A stretch of DNA of 64,000 nt, taken from the IMG/VR virus record IMGVR_UViG_2751185817_000001. The stretch is one strand, 5' to 3'. Both the position numbers and the translations under genes were made by a program. Positions 38,023-47,334 of the stretch are shown here, piece after piece (within the stretch, counting starts at the first letter, position 1; every line of letters starts with the position of its first letter). Under the pieces are notes generated by a model that saw only the letters and a list, made by a program, of their open reading frames with translations, ran no database searches and had not been told where the DNA came from. Origin of the DNA: a virus.

Positions 38023-39492
38023 ATGACCGAGACTATCAGCGGCAAGACCCTTAAGACCTGGGGCCTCGAGCCCGGCGCCTGGTTCAAGAACGCCATCCCG
38101 CTCGCCAACGAGATGAAGGCGGAAGGCAAGACCGATCGCCAGATCATCGACCACCTCTTCACGCTGCGCGTCATGCCGAGCGTGACTGAAGGCATCCCGC
38201 TGCGCACGAACAATATTCCTTTCGAGCGCTTCATCGAGCCGGAGACCGCCGACGAGATCCAGAACGTTGCGTCCGTCGTCGCACATATGGATGCGCTGCT
38301 GCGCACGCCGACGATCGAGCGCGGCGCTGTTATGCCCGACGCCTGCCCTTCCGGCAGCCAGATGGGCACGATCCCTGTAGGCGGCGTTGTGGCGACCCGA
38401 GACGCGATTCATCCGGGCTTCCACTCCGCAGATATCTGCTGCTCGGTCGCAATGTCGGTCTTCAAGCGCAACGACGATACGGCCAAGGTGCTCAGCGCTG
38501 CGATGAAGGCGACGCACTTCGGACCAGGCGCTCGCCCGAACGACAAGGAGATTCCCTCGGCGTTCACGCCGATCCTCGGCCAGATCATCGCCAAGTTTGG
38601 CGCCAATCCGTTCCTGAAGGGTCTCGAGGACGTGGCGATCGAACACTTCATGACCCAGGGCGACGGCAATCACTTCCTCTACGTCGGCGAGGTCGAGAGC
38701 TCCGGTCAGATGGCTGTTGTCACGCATCACGGTTCGCGTGGCCTCGGCGCGCAGCTCTACAAGCGCGGCAAGAAGGCTGCTGAGCGCCACACGCGCATCG
38801 TCGCGCCGCGCGTCCCACTGCACAACGCCTGGATTGACGCCAACAGTGAAGATGGCATTGCCTACTGGGAAGCGCTGCAGGTGATCCGCCTGTGGACAAA
38901 GTTCAACCACTTCGCCATTCATCATCTGCTGTCGCACTACCTCGGCAATGCGATTGTCGATCAGATGTGGAACGAACACAATTTCGTGTTCAAGCGTGAT
39001 GATGGCCTGTTCTACCACGCGAAAGGCGCAACCCCGACCTTTGACGGGTTCGCGGCCGACGATCAGGGCTATACGCTGATCCCGCTGAACATGGCGCAAC
39101 CCATCCTGATCTCCGAGCACGTCAACAACGAAGCGGCCCTCGGCTTTGCCCCGCACGGTGCCGGCCGCAATCTGTCGCGCACAGCGCATATGAAGCGCCT
39201 GGCTGCTGAATATGGCGCCGACGACCGCGGCCTCAGCCCGCGCGACAAGGCAATCCAGATGGGTAAGGAGACGAAGGGGCTCGACGTCCGCTTCTACACC
39301 GGGTCCGTCGATCCGTCCGAGCTACCCTCGGCCTACAAGAACGCCGACCAGGTGCAGGCGCAGATCGAGAAGTTCGGCCTGGCTAAGATTGCTGATCGCG
39401 TCATGCCGCGTGGCTCCATCATGGCCGGAGAGATGAAGTGGCACCGCAACCCTAAGAAGCCGAAGAAGGCTGCTGAAACAGCGACTGCTTAA
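38023..39492 (+). CDS. rtcB: RtcB RNA ligase with N-terminal extra domain
   Basis: MPDAC, PVGGVV, SADICCS, GDGNHF, HHGSRG, NEHN, HAKGAT, HGAGR. Confidence 0.92.
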   Translation: MTETISGKTLKTWGLEPGAWFKNAIPLANEMKAEGKTDRQIIDHLFTLRVMPSVTEGIPLRTNNIPFERFIEPETADEIQNVASVVAHMDALLRTPTIERGAVMPDACPSGSQMGTIPVGGVVATRDAIHPGFHSADICCSVAMSVFKRNDDTAKVLSAAMKATHFGPGARPNDKEIPSAFTPILGQIIAKFGANPFLKGLEDVAIEHFMTQGDGNHFLYVGEVESSGQMAVVTHHGSRGLGAQLYKRGKKAAERHTRIVAPRVPLHNAWIDANSEDGIAYWEALQVIRLWTKFNHFAIHHLLSHYLGNAIVDQMWNEHNFVFKRDDGLFYHAKGATPTFDGFAADDQGYTLIPLNMAQPILISEHVNNEAALGFAPHGAGRNLSRTAHMKRLAAEYGADDRGLSPRDKAIQMGKETKGLDVRFYTGSVDPSELPSAYKNADQVQAQIEKFGLAKIADRVMPRGSIMAGEMKWHRNPKKPKKAAETATA

Positions 39493-39500
39493 ACGATAAA

Positions 39501-39532
39501 CCAAGGCGGCGCGTCCCATGCGCCGCCTTTTG
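39501..39532 (+). terminator. intrinsic terminator
   Basis: AAGGCGGCGC/GCGCCGCCTT stem with T tail after rtcB. Confidence 0.75.
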
Positions 39533-39656
39533 GCGGGTATAGGGCAACCGCTAGTCTCCGAGCCAGCATCTTGGCTCACATGCCCGCTGTTAACCAGCCG
39601 ACAGTCAAGTATTAAAATGCGATGTTCGCGATGTTATACAACATCAGAGAGCGAAC

Positions 39657-39941
39657 ATGGCGATTATATACGATGAGAGCGTCCGCAGTGGTCCGAGTAA
39701 CATTTCGATAGACCGTATGGACGGAACAAAGGCTTACCTGCGCCACTTCGAAAATAAGCTGTTCCTTATGTTTATTGCAACCCACGGCACCCGAACAGAG
39801 AAGTGGCAGGCGGAGAAGGAGCTCACCATATGCGAGCGAAAGCTGAGCTTTTGGGAGAAGCATCCGAGGTTCGTAGGTGACCTGGCTCGGAAGGGAATGG
39901 AGGAGTTAAAGAAGAACTGGCGAGCGGGGCGCGGAGCCTAG
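39657..39941 (+). CDS. hypothetical protein (AT-richer insert)
   Basis: 94-aa ORF with atypical codon usage. Confidence 0.6.
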   Translation: MAIIYDESVRSGPSNISIDRMDGTKAYLRHFENKLFLMFIATHGTRTEKWQAEKELTICERKLSFWEKHPRFVGDLARKGMEELKKNWRAGRGA

Positions 39942-40186
39942 TTTTCCACTAGGCTCGGCACGCGGCAGTCATCGATTTCCGGCGAGGCCGCGTCGCCGTC
40001 TGCCGGAAACAGACCAGCGCCGAAAAACAGCATTTCACGAGCTGAGTCCTTGAGATCAAAGGAAGATTGGGCGTCGTAGGCAGCCAGGTCGAGCGGCACA
40101 TTCATTTTTCGAAGGAAGTCGCCGGCACGGTCACGGAGTGCGGCGTTGAGGGATTCCAGAATGTCGTCGAAGCCTCGCGGGTTCAT
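39938..40186 (-). CDS. hypothetical protein
   Basis: 82-aa ORF converging on 39657; AAAGGA RBS upstream. Confidence 0.45.
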   Translation of the reverse strand: MNPRGFDDILESLNAALRDRAGDFLRKMNVPLDLAAYDAQSSFDLKDSAREMLFFGAGLFPADGDAASPEIDDCRVPSLVEN

Positions 40187-40446
40187 TGTTGGCGTTTCCT
40201 TTTCCGGGGATTTCGCTTCCGGAACCGATCCCGAAAGCGGCGATTGATCAGGCAGCCACTAAATGAGTTACCCGATTGTTAACGCCGCAAAGGGCGCTGA
40301 CGCCAAATAGCGTATGGCGAATCTGTGTTCAAGTCGAACCACGAAATTTCTTATGCACCCCAATGTCTAACTGACTATCTAGACTTAGCGACTAAACAAC
40401 AATTCGCGTAATATTAACCGCGTTGAAAATATGAGGAGCCCCTAAA

Positions 40447-40773
40447 ATGATGACAAACGCGCTCAAAATCGTTAACGACGCAATCTCGGAAAACCCCGAT
40501 AGCTCGAATTTTCGAATTAACGATGGAGACTGCGGCTTGATTATTCGCAAGGATGGACAAATCGAATTGTTCCAACAACGAATTGACACGGCTGCATTGC
40601 AAAAACCGCATAGCTCCTTGTCTGACTGCGACAAGCAGTCACTTTTGAATGGGCAGACGCTCATGGCGCTTTCGATCCTTGCCAACATGCCGGAGCTCCA
40701 GCAGACCATCCTGTCCGTGGCGATCAACGAGGGGGCAGTTACCATTCCGACTGCGAACAGCAATGCCGCATAG
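40447..40773 (+). CDS. hypothetical protein
   Basis: GAGGAG RBS. Confidence 0.7.
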   Translation: MMTNALKIVNDAISENPDSSNFRINDGDCGLIIRKDGQIELFQQRIDTAALQKPHSSLSDCDKQSLLNGQTLMALSILANMPELQQTILSVAINEGAVTIPTANSNAA

Positions 40774-41176
40774 GAAGCGCCTCAAGGACTATCTCGCCGA
40801 GCTCTCGATCGAGGAGCGCACACCGGAACGGATCATCGAGTGCTTGACCATCTGTCTGAGCAAGCGGCCAGAGCTGATCGAGGATCTCAGTCCCGGCAAG
40901 ACCCTGGTCCGTCGCAAGATGACCGTCGCCGAACGCATTCAGACCGCTTCCAAGGCGTCTGGTGCGGCGTCGAAGGCTGCGGCTGACGAACGCTACGAGC
41001 AGATTCTACCGGTGATCGAGGGCGTTCTGCTCGAAAATCCAGAGGCCTCGCTTGCTGAGATCAAGCGGGCGCTGGATAATAGCGGTCTCACCCCAGTTCG
41101 CGCGGCCAAATGGAACCGCGCGAGCGTCAATTACATTCTGCAAAGGGCCGGCATTCGTGCAAAAGATCAGCCGTAA
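40763..41176 (+). CDS. protein with serine-recombinase-type DNA-binding segment, no catalytic domain
   Basis: C-terminal SLAEIKRALDNSGLTPVRAAKWNRASVNYIL. Confidence 0.6.
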   Translation: MPHRKRLKDYLAELSIEERTPERIIECLTICLSKRPELIEDLSPGKTLVRRKMTVAERIQTASKASGAASKAAADERYEQILPVIEGVLLENPEASLAEIKRALDNSGLTPVRAAKWNRASVNYILQRAGIRAKDQP

Positions 41177-41402
41177 ACGCCTCGAGTTCGCGAGCCAGGC
41201 GTTCTTGACCGCGATGGTCAGGCAATTCTTCGCTCTGAACCCGGACGCTGAGGAGTGCCCGATCAAGACGCTCACCGACTACCCCGAGGATCAGCGCAGT
41301 GCGCTCATGCGAGGCATCGGTGCTGCGATCAAAAGCACCGGCGCTGAGGATGACGCCTCGTTCAATACGTGGGTCGCGCAACAAACACCGCAAGCAGCAT
41401 GA
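41157..41402 (+). CDS. hypothetical protein
   Basis: GTG 41157 (or ATG 41214); followed by hairpin 41403-41432. Confidence 0.55.
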   Translation: MQKISRKRLEFASQAFLTAMVRQFFALNPDAEECPIKTLTDYPEDQRSALMRGIGAAIKSTGAEDDASFNTWVAQQTPQAA

Positions 41403-41441
41403 AATGAGCCCGGCATCGACCGGGCTTCATTTTGTCGTGCA

Positions 41442-41462
41442 CAGTCAATAAATATTGATTGA
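41442..41462 (+). promoter_or_regulatory. operator-like motif
   Basis: cagtcaataaatattgattga. Confidence 0.7.
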
Positions 41463-41509
41463 TCATCGCCGCGCGGCACGCTAACAGCAAATCAACAACG
41501 GAGATCGAA

Positions 41510-42004
41510 ATGTCCGACCTCAACAACTTCCAGAAACAAATGCTTTCGTCCGTGGACGCATACATTAGCAAGTTCGGCCACCTGCACTACTCGCTGCCCA
41601 GGCGCCACGGCAAGTCCCGCAGCGCCCAGATAACGACCGCGAACGCGACTTTGAGAGGGGTCTCGGCTGAAAACAGTATTCAGATTCTTCTCGACGACCT
41701 CGGCTGGAGCCCGCCTGTGCCGAGAAAGCCGGCGCTTGGACCAGAGCACGTTTTTGATAACCCGCAGTGGCCGGGCAGCCGCATCGAGGTGTGGCGCCTG
41801 GATAAGACCAAACGAGACCCGCGCCATCCCAATCCGGCTGCCGGCACGATCACGCAGTATGAGATCCGCGACGAGAACGGAAAGCTCGAGACCGTCAGTG
41901 GCCTCAACCTGGCAGTAGCCCGCGCCGAGCACCTGCATGAGCTGGCGATCGCCGAGGCGCAGGAGAAGATGCGCCAGCTCAACCCGAACTTCGGCCGCTT
42001 CTAA
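41510..42004 (+). CDS. hypothetical protein ending NPNFGRF
   Basis: GGAG RBS, ATG 41510, after operator at 41442. Confidence 0.75.
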   Translation: MSDLNNFQKQMLSSVDAYISKFGHLHYSLPRRHGKSRSAQITTANATLRGVSAENSIQILLDDLGWSPPVPRKPALGPEHVFDNPQWPGSRIEVWRLDKTKRDPRHPNPAAGTITQYEIRDENGKLETVSGLNLAVARAEHLHELAIAEAQEKMRQLNPNFGRF

Positions 42005-42019
42005 CCACAACGCTCCTAC

Positions 42020-42061
42020 CGCAATCCTTGACGTCTTATGCGATAAATAAACATTGATTGA
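42020..42061 (+). promoter_or_regulatory. CGCAATCC-N11-TGCGATAA promoter-like motif plus operator
   Basis: cgcaatcc(42020)...tgcgataa(42039) then aataaacattgattga. Confidence 0.65.
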
Positions 42062-42077
42062 TCAAGAGGAGATCAGC

Positions 42078-42629
42078 ATGAGCTATTCTGCTTATGGCAC
42101 TGAAATGATCGCGCGAGCCGAGGCTTTCGCGACTGCTGCGCACGAAGCCGTCGGTCAGACGCGCAACTATTCCGGCGAGTCCTACATCGTTCATCCGCGT
42201 GCTGTCGCCAAGATCATTCAGGCGCTGCCCGATCACACCTGGCAGCAGGTCTGCATGGCTTGGCTGCACGATACGGTCGAGGACACCGGCGTCAGGCTCG
42301 AGACGATCCGCGCCCATTTCGACGAGGAGATCAAAGAGGGTCTCTACTATCTCACCAACGTGGAGCGTGAGGCCGGCAATCGCCGCGAACGCCACGCCAT
42401 GAATATCGAGCGCCTGGCCTTGGCGCCGGCCCGCGTCCAGACCGTCAAGCTCGCCGACATCAAGGACAATACCAAGAACGTCGCACAGCTCGCGCCGAGC
42501 TTCGCACCGCTCTTCCTGAAGGAGAAGGACGACGTGATGGCAGTCTTGAAGCGCGGCGACCCGGTGCTGTGGTCGCTGACGATGGACCAGATCGAACAGC
42601 AGAAGAAGGAGCTCGCCCTTGAAGCCTAA
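42078..42629 (+). CDS. RelA/SpoT-type HD hydrolase (small alarmone hydrolase / Mesh1-like)
   Basis: AATAH..GQTR..SGESYIVHP..VA, AWLHDTVEDT, VKLADIKDN. Confidence 0.85.
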   Translation: MSYSAYGTEMIARAEAFATAAHEAVGQTRNYSGESYIVHPRAVAKIIQALPDHTWQQVCMAWLHDTVEDTGVRLETIRAHFDEEIKEGLYYLTNVEREAGNRRERHAMNIERLALAPARVQTVKLADIKDNTKNVAQLAPSFAPLFLKEKDDVMAVLKRGDPVLWSLTMDQIEQQKKELALEA

Positions 42630-42822
42630 TCTGAAGAAGGTCCGCGCCTATCTGCGCTGCGACGAGTGCGGTCATGTTACGGCTACCTCTTTCGGCATCA
42701 TCAGCCTGGTGAAGCCGAACCGGTCGCTCGACTGCGGCTGCAAGAAATACCGCGCGACGGCCATTTCCGAGACCGAGGGTGTCGATGCACTCGCGCGCCA
42801 GCACGTCGAGGCCGCAGCATGA
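42619..42822 (+). CDS. zinc-ribbon hypothetical protein
   Basis: CDECG...CGC. Confidence 0.6.
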   Translation: MKPNLKKVRAYLRCDECGHVTATSFGIISLVKPNRSLDCGCKKYRATAISETEGVDALARQHVEAAA

Positions 42823-43019
42823 AGAAGAAACAGCACCGACAGCGCCCGAACCAGAAGAAAGCGCGCGAGAAACAGCCACAGCGAGTCGCCAGCGCGCTTT
42901 CGAGCGACAAATGGGCTGCGCGTCAGCGTAGCACCGATGCGCTCCACCACGCTTCTATGGCCGCAGCACTCGGCTCGGCAATGGCAGCGGCGTCAATGAT
43001 GAGGAGATTTGACCGGTGA
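42819..43019 (+). CDS. basic hypothetical protein
   Basis: ATGA overlap. Confidence 0.55.
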   Translation: MKKKQHRQRPNQKKAREKQPQRVASALSSDKWAARQRSTDALHHASMAAALGSAMAAASMMRRFDR

Positions 43020-43456
43020 CAAGATGGACCTCGAATAATCAGCACGAGCGCTTCACCCACGATGCCTGGTGGCAGGCCCAGAAGGAGGGGCTCGAGCTCT
43101 CCTATCACGACTGGGTGGTCGCTCAGCTCGACGAATGGACCGGCGACGTCCGGGCGCTGAACGACAAGCTGCGCCGTGGCGAAGCTGAAGGCAAAATTCA
43201 CATCGTCGGTGGTCTGGCACAGGCTGATCACAGCGAGATCGCCGCGGCCGTGGAGCAAGTGTGCACCTATGCGGCCTTCGATCCGAAGGATGACCCCTAT
43301 GGCGAGCACGACTTCGGCGCCTTCACGATCGGCGATCAGAAGTTCATGTGGAAGATCGACTACTACGCTCCCGATATGGAGAGCGGGTCGGAGAATCCGG
43401 CCGATCCCAAGGTCACGCGGCGCGTGCTGACGATCTTCTACGCCGAGGACTACTGA
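43016..43456 (+). CDS. DUF3768-like protein
   Basis: DPYGEHDFGAF..GDQKFMWKIDYY...SENPADPKVTRRVLTI. Confidence 0.8.
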   Translation: MTRWTSNNQHERFTHDAWWQAQKEGLELSYHDWVVAQLDEWTGDVRALNDKLRRGEAEGKIHIVGGLAQADHSEIAAAVEQVCTYAAFDPKDDPYGEHDFGAFTIGDQKFMWKIDYYAPDMESGSENPADPKVTRRVLTIFYAEDY

Positions 43457-43764
43457 TGTTCCAGGAGGCGGTGCTCGAGACCCGAGAGTGCGACCGCTAC
43501 TTCGGCTTCCTGGTTGAGACTCAGGAATACGAATTACCTCGCAGTCTTGACGACCAGTGGGATGAAATATGCGTCGGTCGCGAGTTCCTCTGGCGCGTGA
43601 CCGATCGGATCACCGGTGTTTCTATCGAAGGCCCGATCATGGATGCTCCTTATGAGGACATTCTGCAGGCCTTCGAGGAAACCTGGGAGACTTACGCCCA
43701 GTCTAAACCGGTCGCAGCGCCGCCCAATCCATACGCCGATCATCCCAACTACGGGCGGTTCTGA
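43456..43764 (+). CDS. hypothetical protein ending HPNYGRF
   Basis: TGATG overlap, ATG 43456. Confidence 0.7.
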   Translation: MFQEAVLETRECDRYFGFLVETQEYELPRSLDDQWDEICVGREFLWRVTDRITGVSIEGPIMDAPYEDILQAFEETWETYAQSKPVAAPPNPYADHPNYGRF

Positions 43765-43767
43765 CTA

Positions 43768-43795
43768 CCGAACGCTCCCGAACGCTCCCGAGCGC
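43768..43795 (+). repeat. 10-bp tandem repeat CCGAACGCTC (about 2.7 copies)
   Basis: ccgaacgctc ccgaacgctc ccgagcgc. Confidence 0.8.
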
Positions 43796-43849
43796 TTTCC
43801 GAATGAGCGCGTGCGATAACAGCATAGATACAACAGCTTAGAGGAATGC

Positions 43850-44101
43850 ATGAACGCGTTGAACTGTCTACCGAAGAAGACCCGCAAGACCCTCGAGGAT
43901 ATCGGCAACTGCTGGCGCCTTGAGGTGGGCTCCAAGCATATCCGCATCATCGTCAACGAGACGATGGCGGGTATCGTGCCGAAGAGGGTTCGAGGCGACG
44001 GTTCCGGGCTGCCCGGCCGGCAGGAGCTCAACGTGATCAGCCAGATTCGCCGTGCGGCGCGCGGCGCGGCCAGCAACCGCCGCCTCGCTGTTGCCGTCTA
44101 A
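43850..44101 (+). CDS. HicA-like small basic protein
   Basis: WRLEVGSKHIRI with the G-x-x-H pattern of HicA folds. Confidence 0.45.
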   Translation: MNALNCLPKKTRKTLEDIGNCWRLEVGSKHIRIIVNETMAGIVPKRVRGDGSGLPGRQELNVISQIRRAARGAASNRRLAVAV

Positions 44102-44108
44102 AACCACC

Positions 44109-44157
44109 CGCAATCCACGATTCACTGTGCGACAGTGAATCAATCAATAATGATTGA
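44109..44157 (+). promoter_or_regulatory. promoter-like motif plus operator
   Basis: cgcaatcc(44109)...tgcgacag(44128); aatcaatcaataatgattga. Confidence 0.65.
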
Positions 44158-44168
44158 GGAGATAGCGA

Positions 44169-44378
44169 ATGCCAAAAGCAGCACGCATACCCAAGACCAC
44201 GATCGTCATCGATCTGAACAAACAGCGCCCGGATGGCGAATGGGAACACGCCGGCTACACCATGCGGGAAGCCGCCCAGGTCGCTGTCGACGATGGCAGC
44301 GATGACGCCTGGGAATGGTTCAAGGCCTGGTTCAAGGGCAACCTGACCCGCTCCGACACAAAGCCGGGTAATTGGTGA
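44169..44378 (+). CDS. hypothetical protein
   Basis: GAGGAG RBS after operator at 44138. Confidence 0.7.
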   Translation: MPKAARIPKTTIVIDLNKQRPDGEWEHAGYTMREAAQVAVDDGSDDAWEWFKAWFKGNLTRSDTKPGNW

Positions 44379-44515
44379 TGGAGATCGCCATTGTCGTAGC
44401 TGCGGGCAGCGCAGCAGCCATTCTCGTTCCGCTGGGGCTCGCCATCGTTGGTGCCGCACAGCGGCTCTCCCGACGTGCGCTCGAGCGCCGTGGCATCATT
44501 TCAAGGAAACTCTAA
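44378..44515 (+). CDS. 45-aa membrane peptide (below ORF-track cutoff)
   Basis: Coupled at both ends (TGATG, TAATG); MEIAIVVAAGSAAAILVPLGLAIVGAA. Confidence 0.6.
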   Translation: MEIAIVVAAGSAAAILVPLGLAIVGAAQRLSRRALERRGIISRKL

Positions 44516-44901
44516 TGTATTGGCACGTCCAACACGACGATCACGTCTATTCCGGCGATCGATATGTTCTGCTCGCCAATGATGGGGAGAGCGCCGAAGA
44601 GATCGTGCGCAAGCACAACGCCGAGCTCGATCAGCTCGCCGGCGCGATCCGGCAATTGCGCGCTTCCTACCAGTCGAGGTCCATGCTCGACGTCGGCCGG
44701 CGTCAGCTCCTCGATCACTTCGAGGGGTTCCTGCAGCGCAAGCGCACCGAGCAGCAGGATCTTCAGTCCGCGGCTGACTGTCTGACGTCCTGGCTGCTCG
44801 ATCATACCGAGACCGTCTTCTGCGAGGAGCCGGACATCGACGAGGCGCGCCAGGTGATCCTCGACAAGATCACTGAGATGGAAACGAAGGAGAAGGCCTG
44901 A
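44515..44901 (+). CDS. hypothetical protein
   Basis: Coupled ORF. Confidence 0.7.
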   Translation: MYWHVQHDDHVYSGDRYVLLANDGESAEEIVRKHNAELDQLAGAIRQLRASYQSRSMLDVGRRQLLDHFEGFLQRKRTEQQDLQSAADCLTSWLLDHTETVFCEEPDIDEARQVILDKITEMETKEKA

Positions 44902-45398
44902 TGGGCGCGCTTGGTAGACTGACGCGGAAGGTAAAGAAGATCGAACGGCAGGCGCAGTTCGACGCCAAATTCCCCACGATTAGCCGACGCAGCGAGGCGC
45001 GGCCGCTCATCGGCTTCTTGGATGGACTTACGCCCGAACAGCGCACAAGAGCGCTTGCTGTCGGCGATGACGTGGTTGTTTTCCCAATGGAGATGACCGT
45101 CCGGGAGGTCGAGGAGCGCTGCACGATCGGCGAGATCCAGCCCTCGCACCCGATGCGCTACGAGAGCCACGGTCAGGAGTTTAAGGGTCGTGTCTTCAAT
45201 GGCGAGTGCAATCGCGCTGCCTGCAACAGCCGCGGCGCCATCTACTACAACCGTGGCACCTTTTCCTATTACTGCCCGCCCTGCGCGCACGCCGGCAACC
45301 ACGCCAACCGCGACATGCGCAAGCCGCTCTACATCGCTGTCGATGCCAACCTGACGCACGAGCGCATGGATGAGCTCTGTCGCGAGCAATACGAATGA
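44901..45398 (+). CDS. hypothetical protein with Cys cluster
   Basis: CNRAAC...YYCPPCA. Confidence 0.7.
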   Translation: MGALGRLTRKVKKIERQAQFDAKFPTISRRSEARPLIGFLDGLTPEQRTRALAVGDDVVVFPMEMTVREVEERCTIGEIQPSHPMRYESHGQEFKGRVFNGECNRAACNSRGAIYYNRGTFSYYCPPCAHAGNHANRDMRKPLYIAVDANLTHERMDELCREQYE

Positions 45399-45826
45399 GC
45401 GAGCCCATTATCTTCAAAGATCCGGAGCGCGAGGGTGTTCTCTGGCGCTACCGAGACGACCAAACCATGACCCAGATCCTCAAGCACGCCTACCGCGTGC
45501 AGGATGTGGTCAACGCGGACATTCTCTCGTGGAAGCAACCCTCTAGCGGCAATGTTGACGAGGTGATGGCCTGGCTGGTCGACCGTAATCCGTTGGCTGG
45601 ACAGTCACACCCTATGGGTTTCAACTGTCAGCCAACGCCATACGACTATCGTAGGCACGCCCGCGCGCTCGCGGTGAGGCTGCTATTTCGCATCGCCGAT
45701 CCTTACTGGACCGACCTCGATTTCATCAGCTCCTTCATCCTTGGTGATCGTTGGTCCAAAGACGAGCGAATTGATTATTGGCGATCCATCGCGATCTGCT
45801 CATCCGTTTGGGAGGAGACGCGATGA
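45395..45826 (+). CDS. hypothetical protein
   Basis: ATGA overlap. Confidence 0.65.
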   Translation: MSEPIIFKDPEREGVLWRYRDDQTMTQILKHAYRVQDVVNADILSWKQPSSGNVDEVMAWLVDRNPLAGQSHPMGFNCQPTPYDYRRHARALAVRLLFRIADPYWTDLDFISSFILGDRWSKDERIDYWRSIAICSSVWEETR

Positions 45827-46218
45827 TCGCGCGCCAGGTTCCGATCGACATGCTCTGCGATCTGCACGCTGCGCTGTCCTCGGGCGGCTCCCGCGGCGAC
45901 ATAAGGAACGCACGTTGGATGCTGACCTGGCGCACGCACGATCGCCGCATAGAGCACAAGGTGCGCGCCGGCGTTCTCACCATTCACAACATAGAGCTGC
46001 GCGCGAAACATCGCGGGCGCGGCTATCTGACCGAGCTACTGCGCCATCTGGACGAGGTGCCGGAGATCGCCGACCGACGCTTCGAGTGGATCTATTTCGA
46101 GCAGGTCAACTTCCGGCTCTCAAATCACCTGCTGCGCGAACTGAATTACCGATCCGAGGCTGGCCTGGTCATTGACTGCTGGCGCCGCGTGACCGGTCAA
46201 CTGGAGATGAAACTGTGA
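45823..46218 (+). CDS. GNAT-fold-like protein
   Basis: GGAGG RBS; IHNIELRAKHRGRGYLTELL acetyl-CoA motif A. Confidence 0.55.
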   Translation: MIARQVPIDMLCDLHAALSSGGSRGDIRNARWMLTWRTHDRRIEHKVRAGVLTIHNIELRAKHRGRGYLTELLRHLDEVPEIADRRFEWIYFEQVNFRLSNHLLRELNYRSEAGLVIDCWRRVTGQLEMKL

Positions 46219-46727
46219 GAGAGCCGGAATACGACGTGGGTCTTGTTACTCTCCTGATCCACAAGGGCCTGTATGCGCTGTTTGCAAGCCGTGTGCTTTC
46301 GAGCCAAGGCAGTATCAGCAAATATGTCGAGGGTGACTGGGAGTTCTACGACTCAGGCGATCTTGACGACATGAGAACGAAGTTCGATCGCCTCACTGCG
46401 CTGGATCAGTTCGGCGTCAACCTTGATACCTTCGATAAGGCATACCCTCACGATCGGTGGGAGGAGATCGACGGTTTCACCGGGCCTATGGAGATCTCCT
46501 ACACGCTTTGGAAAGAGCGCACGCGCTCGATCGATCCACGCGCTTTCACCTCGACCGCATCCAAGGAGGGCGAAGAGATCCATTGGCGGATCGTCGACCA
46601 AGGCAAATTGAGCGCAGTTAAAGAGGTTTTCGCTCGCTCCAGGTTTGCGCTCGAGGTGAAGGACGACATTCCGATCCCGGCGCCGATCAACGAATACGCC
46701 GCTCACCCGAACTTCGGGCGGTTCTAA
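46215..46727 (+). CDS. hypothetical protein ending HPNFGRF
   Basis: GTGA overlap; GGAG RBS. Confidence 0.7.
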   Translation: MREPEYDVGLVTLLIHKGLYALFASRVLSSQGSISKYVEGDWEFYDSGDLDDMRTKFDRLTALDQFGVNLDTFDKAYPHDRWEEIDGFTGPMEISYTLWKERTRSIDPRAFTSTASKEGEEIHWRIVDQGKLSAVKEVFARSRFALEVKDDIPIPAPINEYAAHPNFGRF

Positions 46728-46948
46728 TGGATGAGGACGTATTTCGCGATCTCCTCGACGAAGGCTGCACATGCCCAACCGGTCATCCGCCGTGCTCGTT
46801 CTGCACCTCCCTCGATGAGGAAGAATACGAGGCTTACCGATCAGGAGGTGCTCCCGCTGTGCGCGCCATGCGTGACGCCCTGGAGAACGGCGAGCCCTGG
46901 CCTCCCCTTCCAGAATACCACGACCACCCCAACTTCGGGCGGTTCTGA
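46727..46948 (+). CDS. small Cys-rich protein ending HPNFGRF
   Basis: CTCPTGHPPCSFC; TAATG overlap. Confidence 0.7.
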   Translation: MDEDVFRDLLDEGCTCPTGHPPCSFCTSLDEEEYEAYRSGGAPAVRAMRDALENGEPWPPLPEYHDHPNFGRF

Positions 46949-47043
46949 CTATCTATTTCTGCAGTGAAAACAACCGCTTACTGCCTACCGTAAACCGCGA
47001 TTTCGCTTGCTATGATTGATCATAGTCAACGAAAGGAAAGCAC

Positions 47044-47334
47044 ATGAAGACGCTCTCGGCACTGTTAAAGCACTGCGCATCCATCGGCTGCACGTTCGTC
47101 TGCTACTACGACGATCAAGATGACGCCGACTACAAGGGGCCGAGCCAGAAAGAGGCCAAGGAAGCGCTCGAGGCGTGCGACGTCATGAACCTAATTGTCC
47201 TCGATGCCGAGGGTAAGCGCTGGGGCTGGGTGCTGATCATCAACGAGGCTGGACAAGATCCGGAAGAGCAGATGGCCGACTACACGGTTAACGACCCGGT
47301 GAACATCTGGATGGAAGAAGGAAAAGCTGCATGA
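47044..47334 (+). CDS. hypothetical protein
   Basis: AAGGA RBS. Confidence 0.7.
   Translation: MKTLSALLKHCASIGCTFVCYYDDQDDADYKGPSQKEAKEALEACDVMNLIVLDAEGKRWGWVLIINEAGQDPEEQMADYTVNDPVNIWMEEGKAA

Noticed and set aside
43768-43795. Alphaproteobacterial LexA box (GAAC-N7-GAAC)
   Set aside because: Spacing is N6; it is a simple 10-bp tandem repeat.
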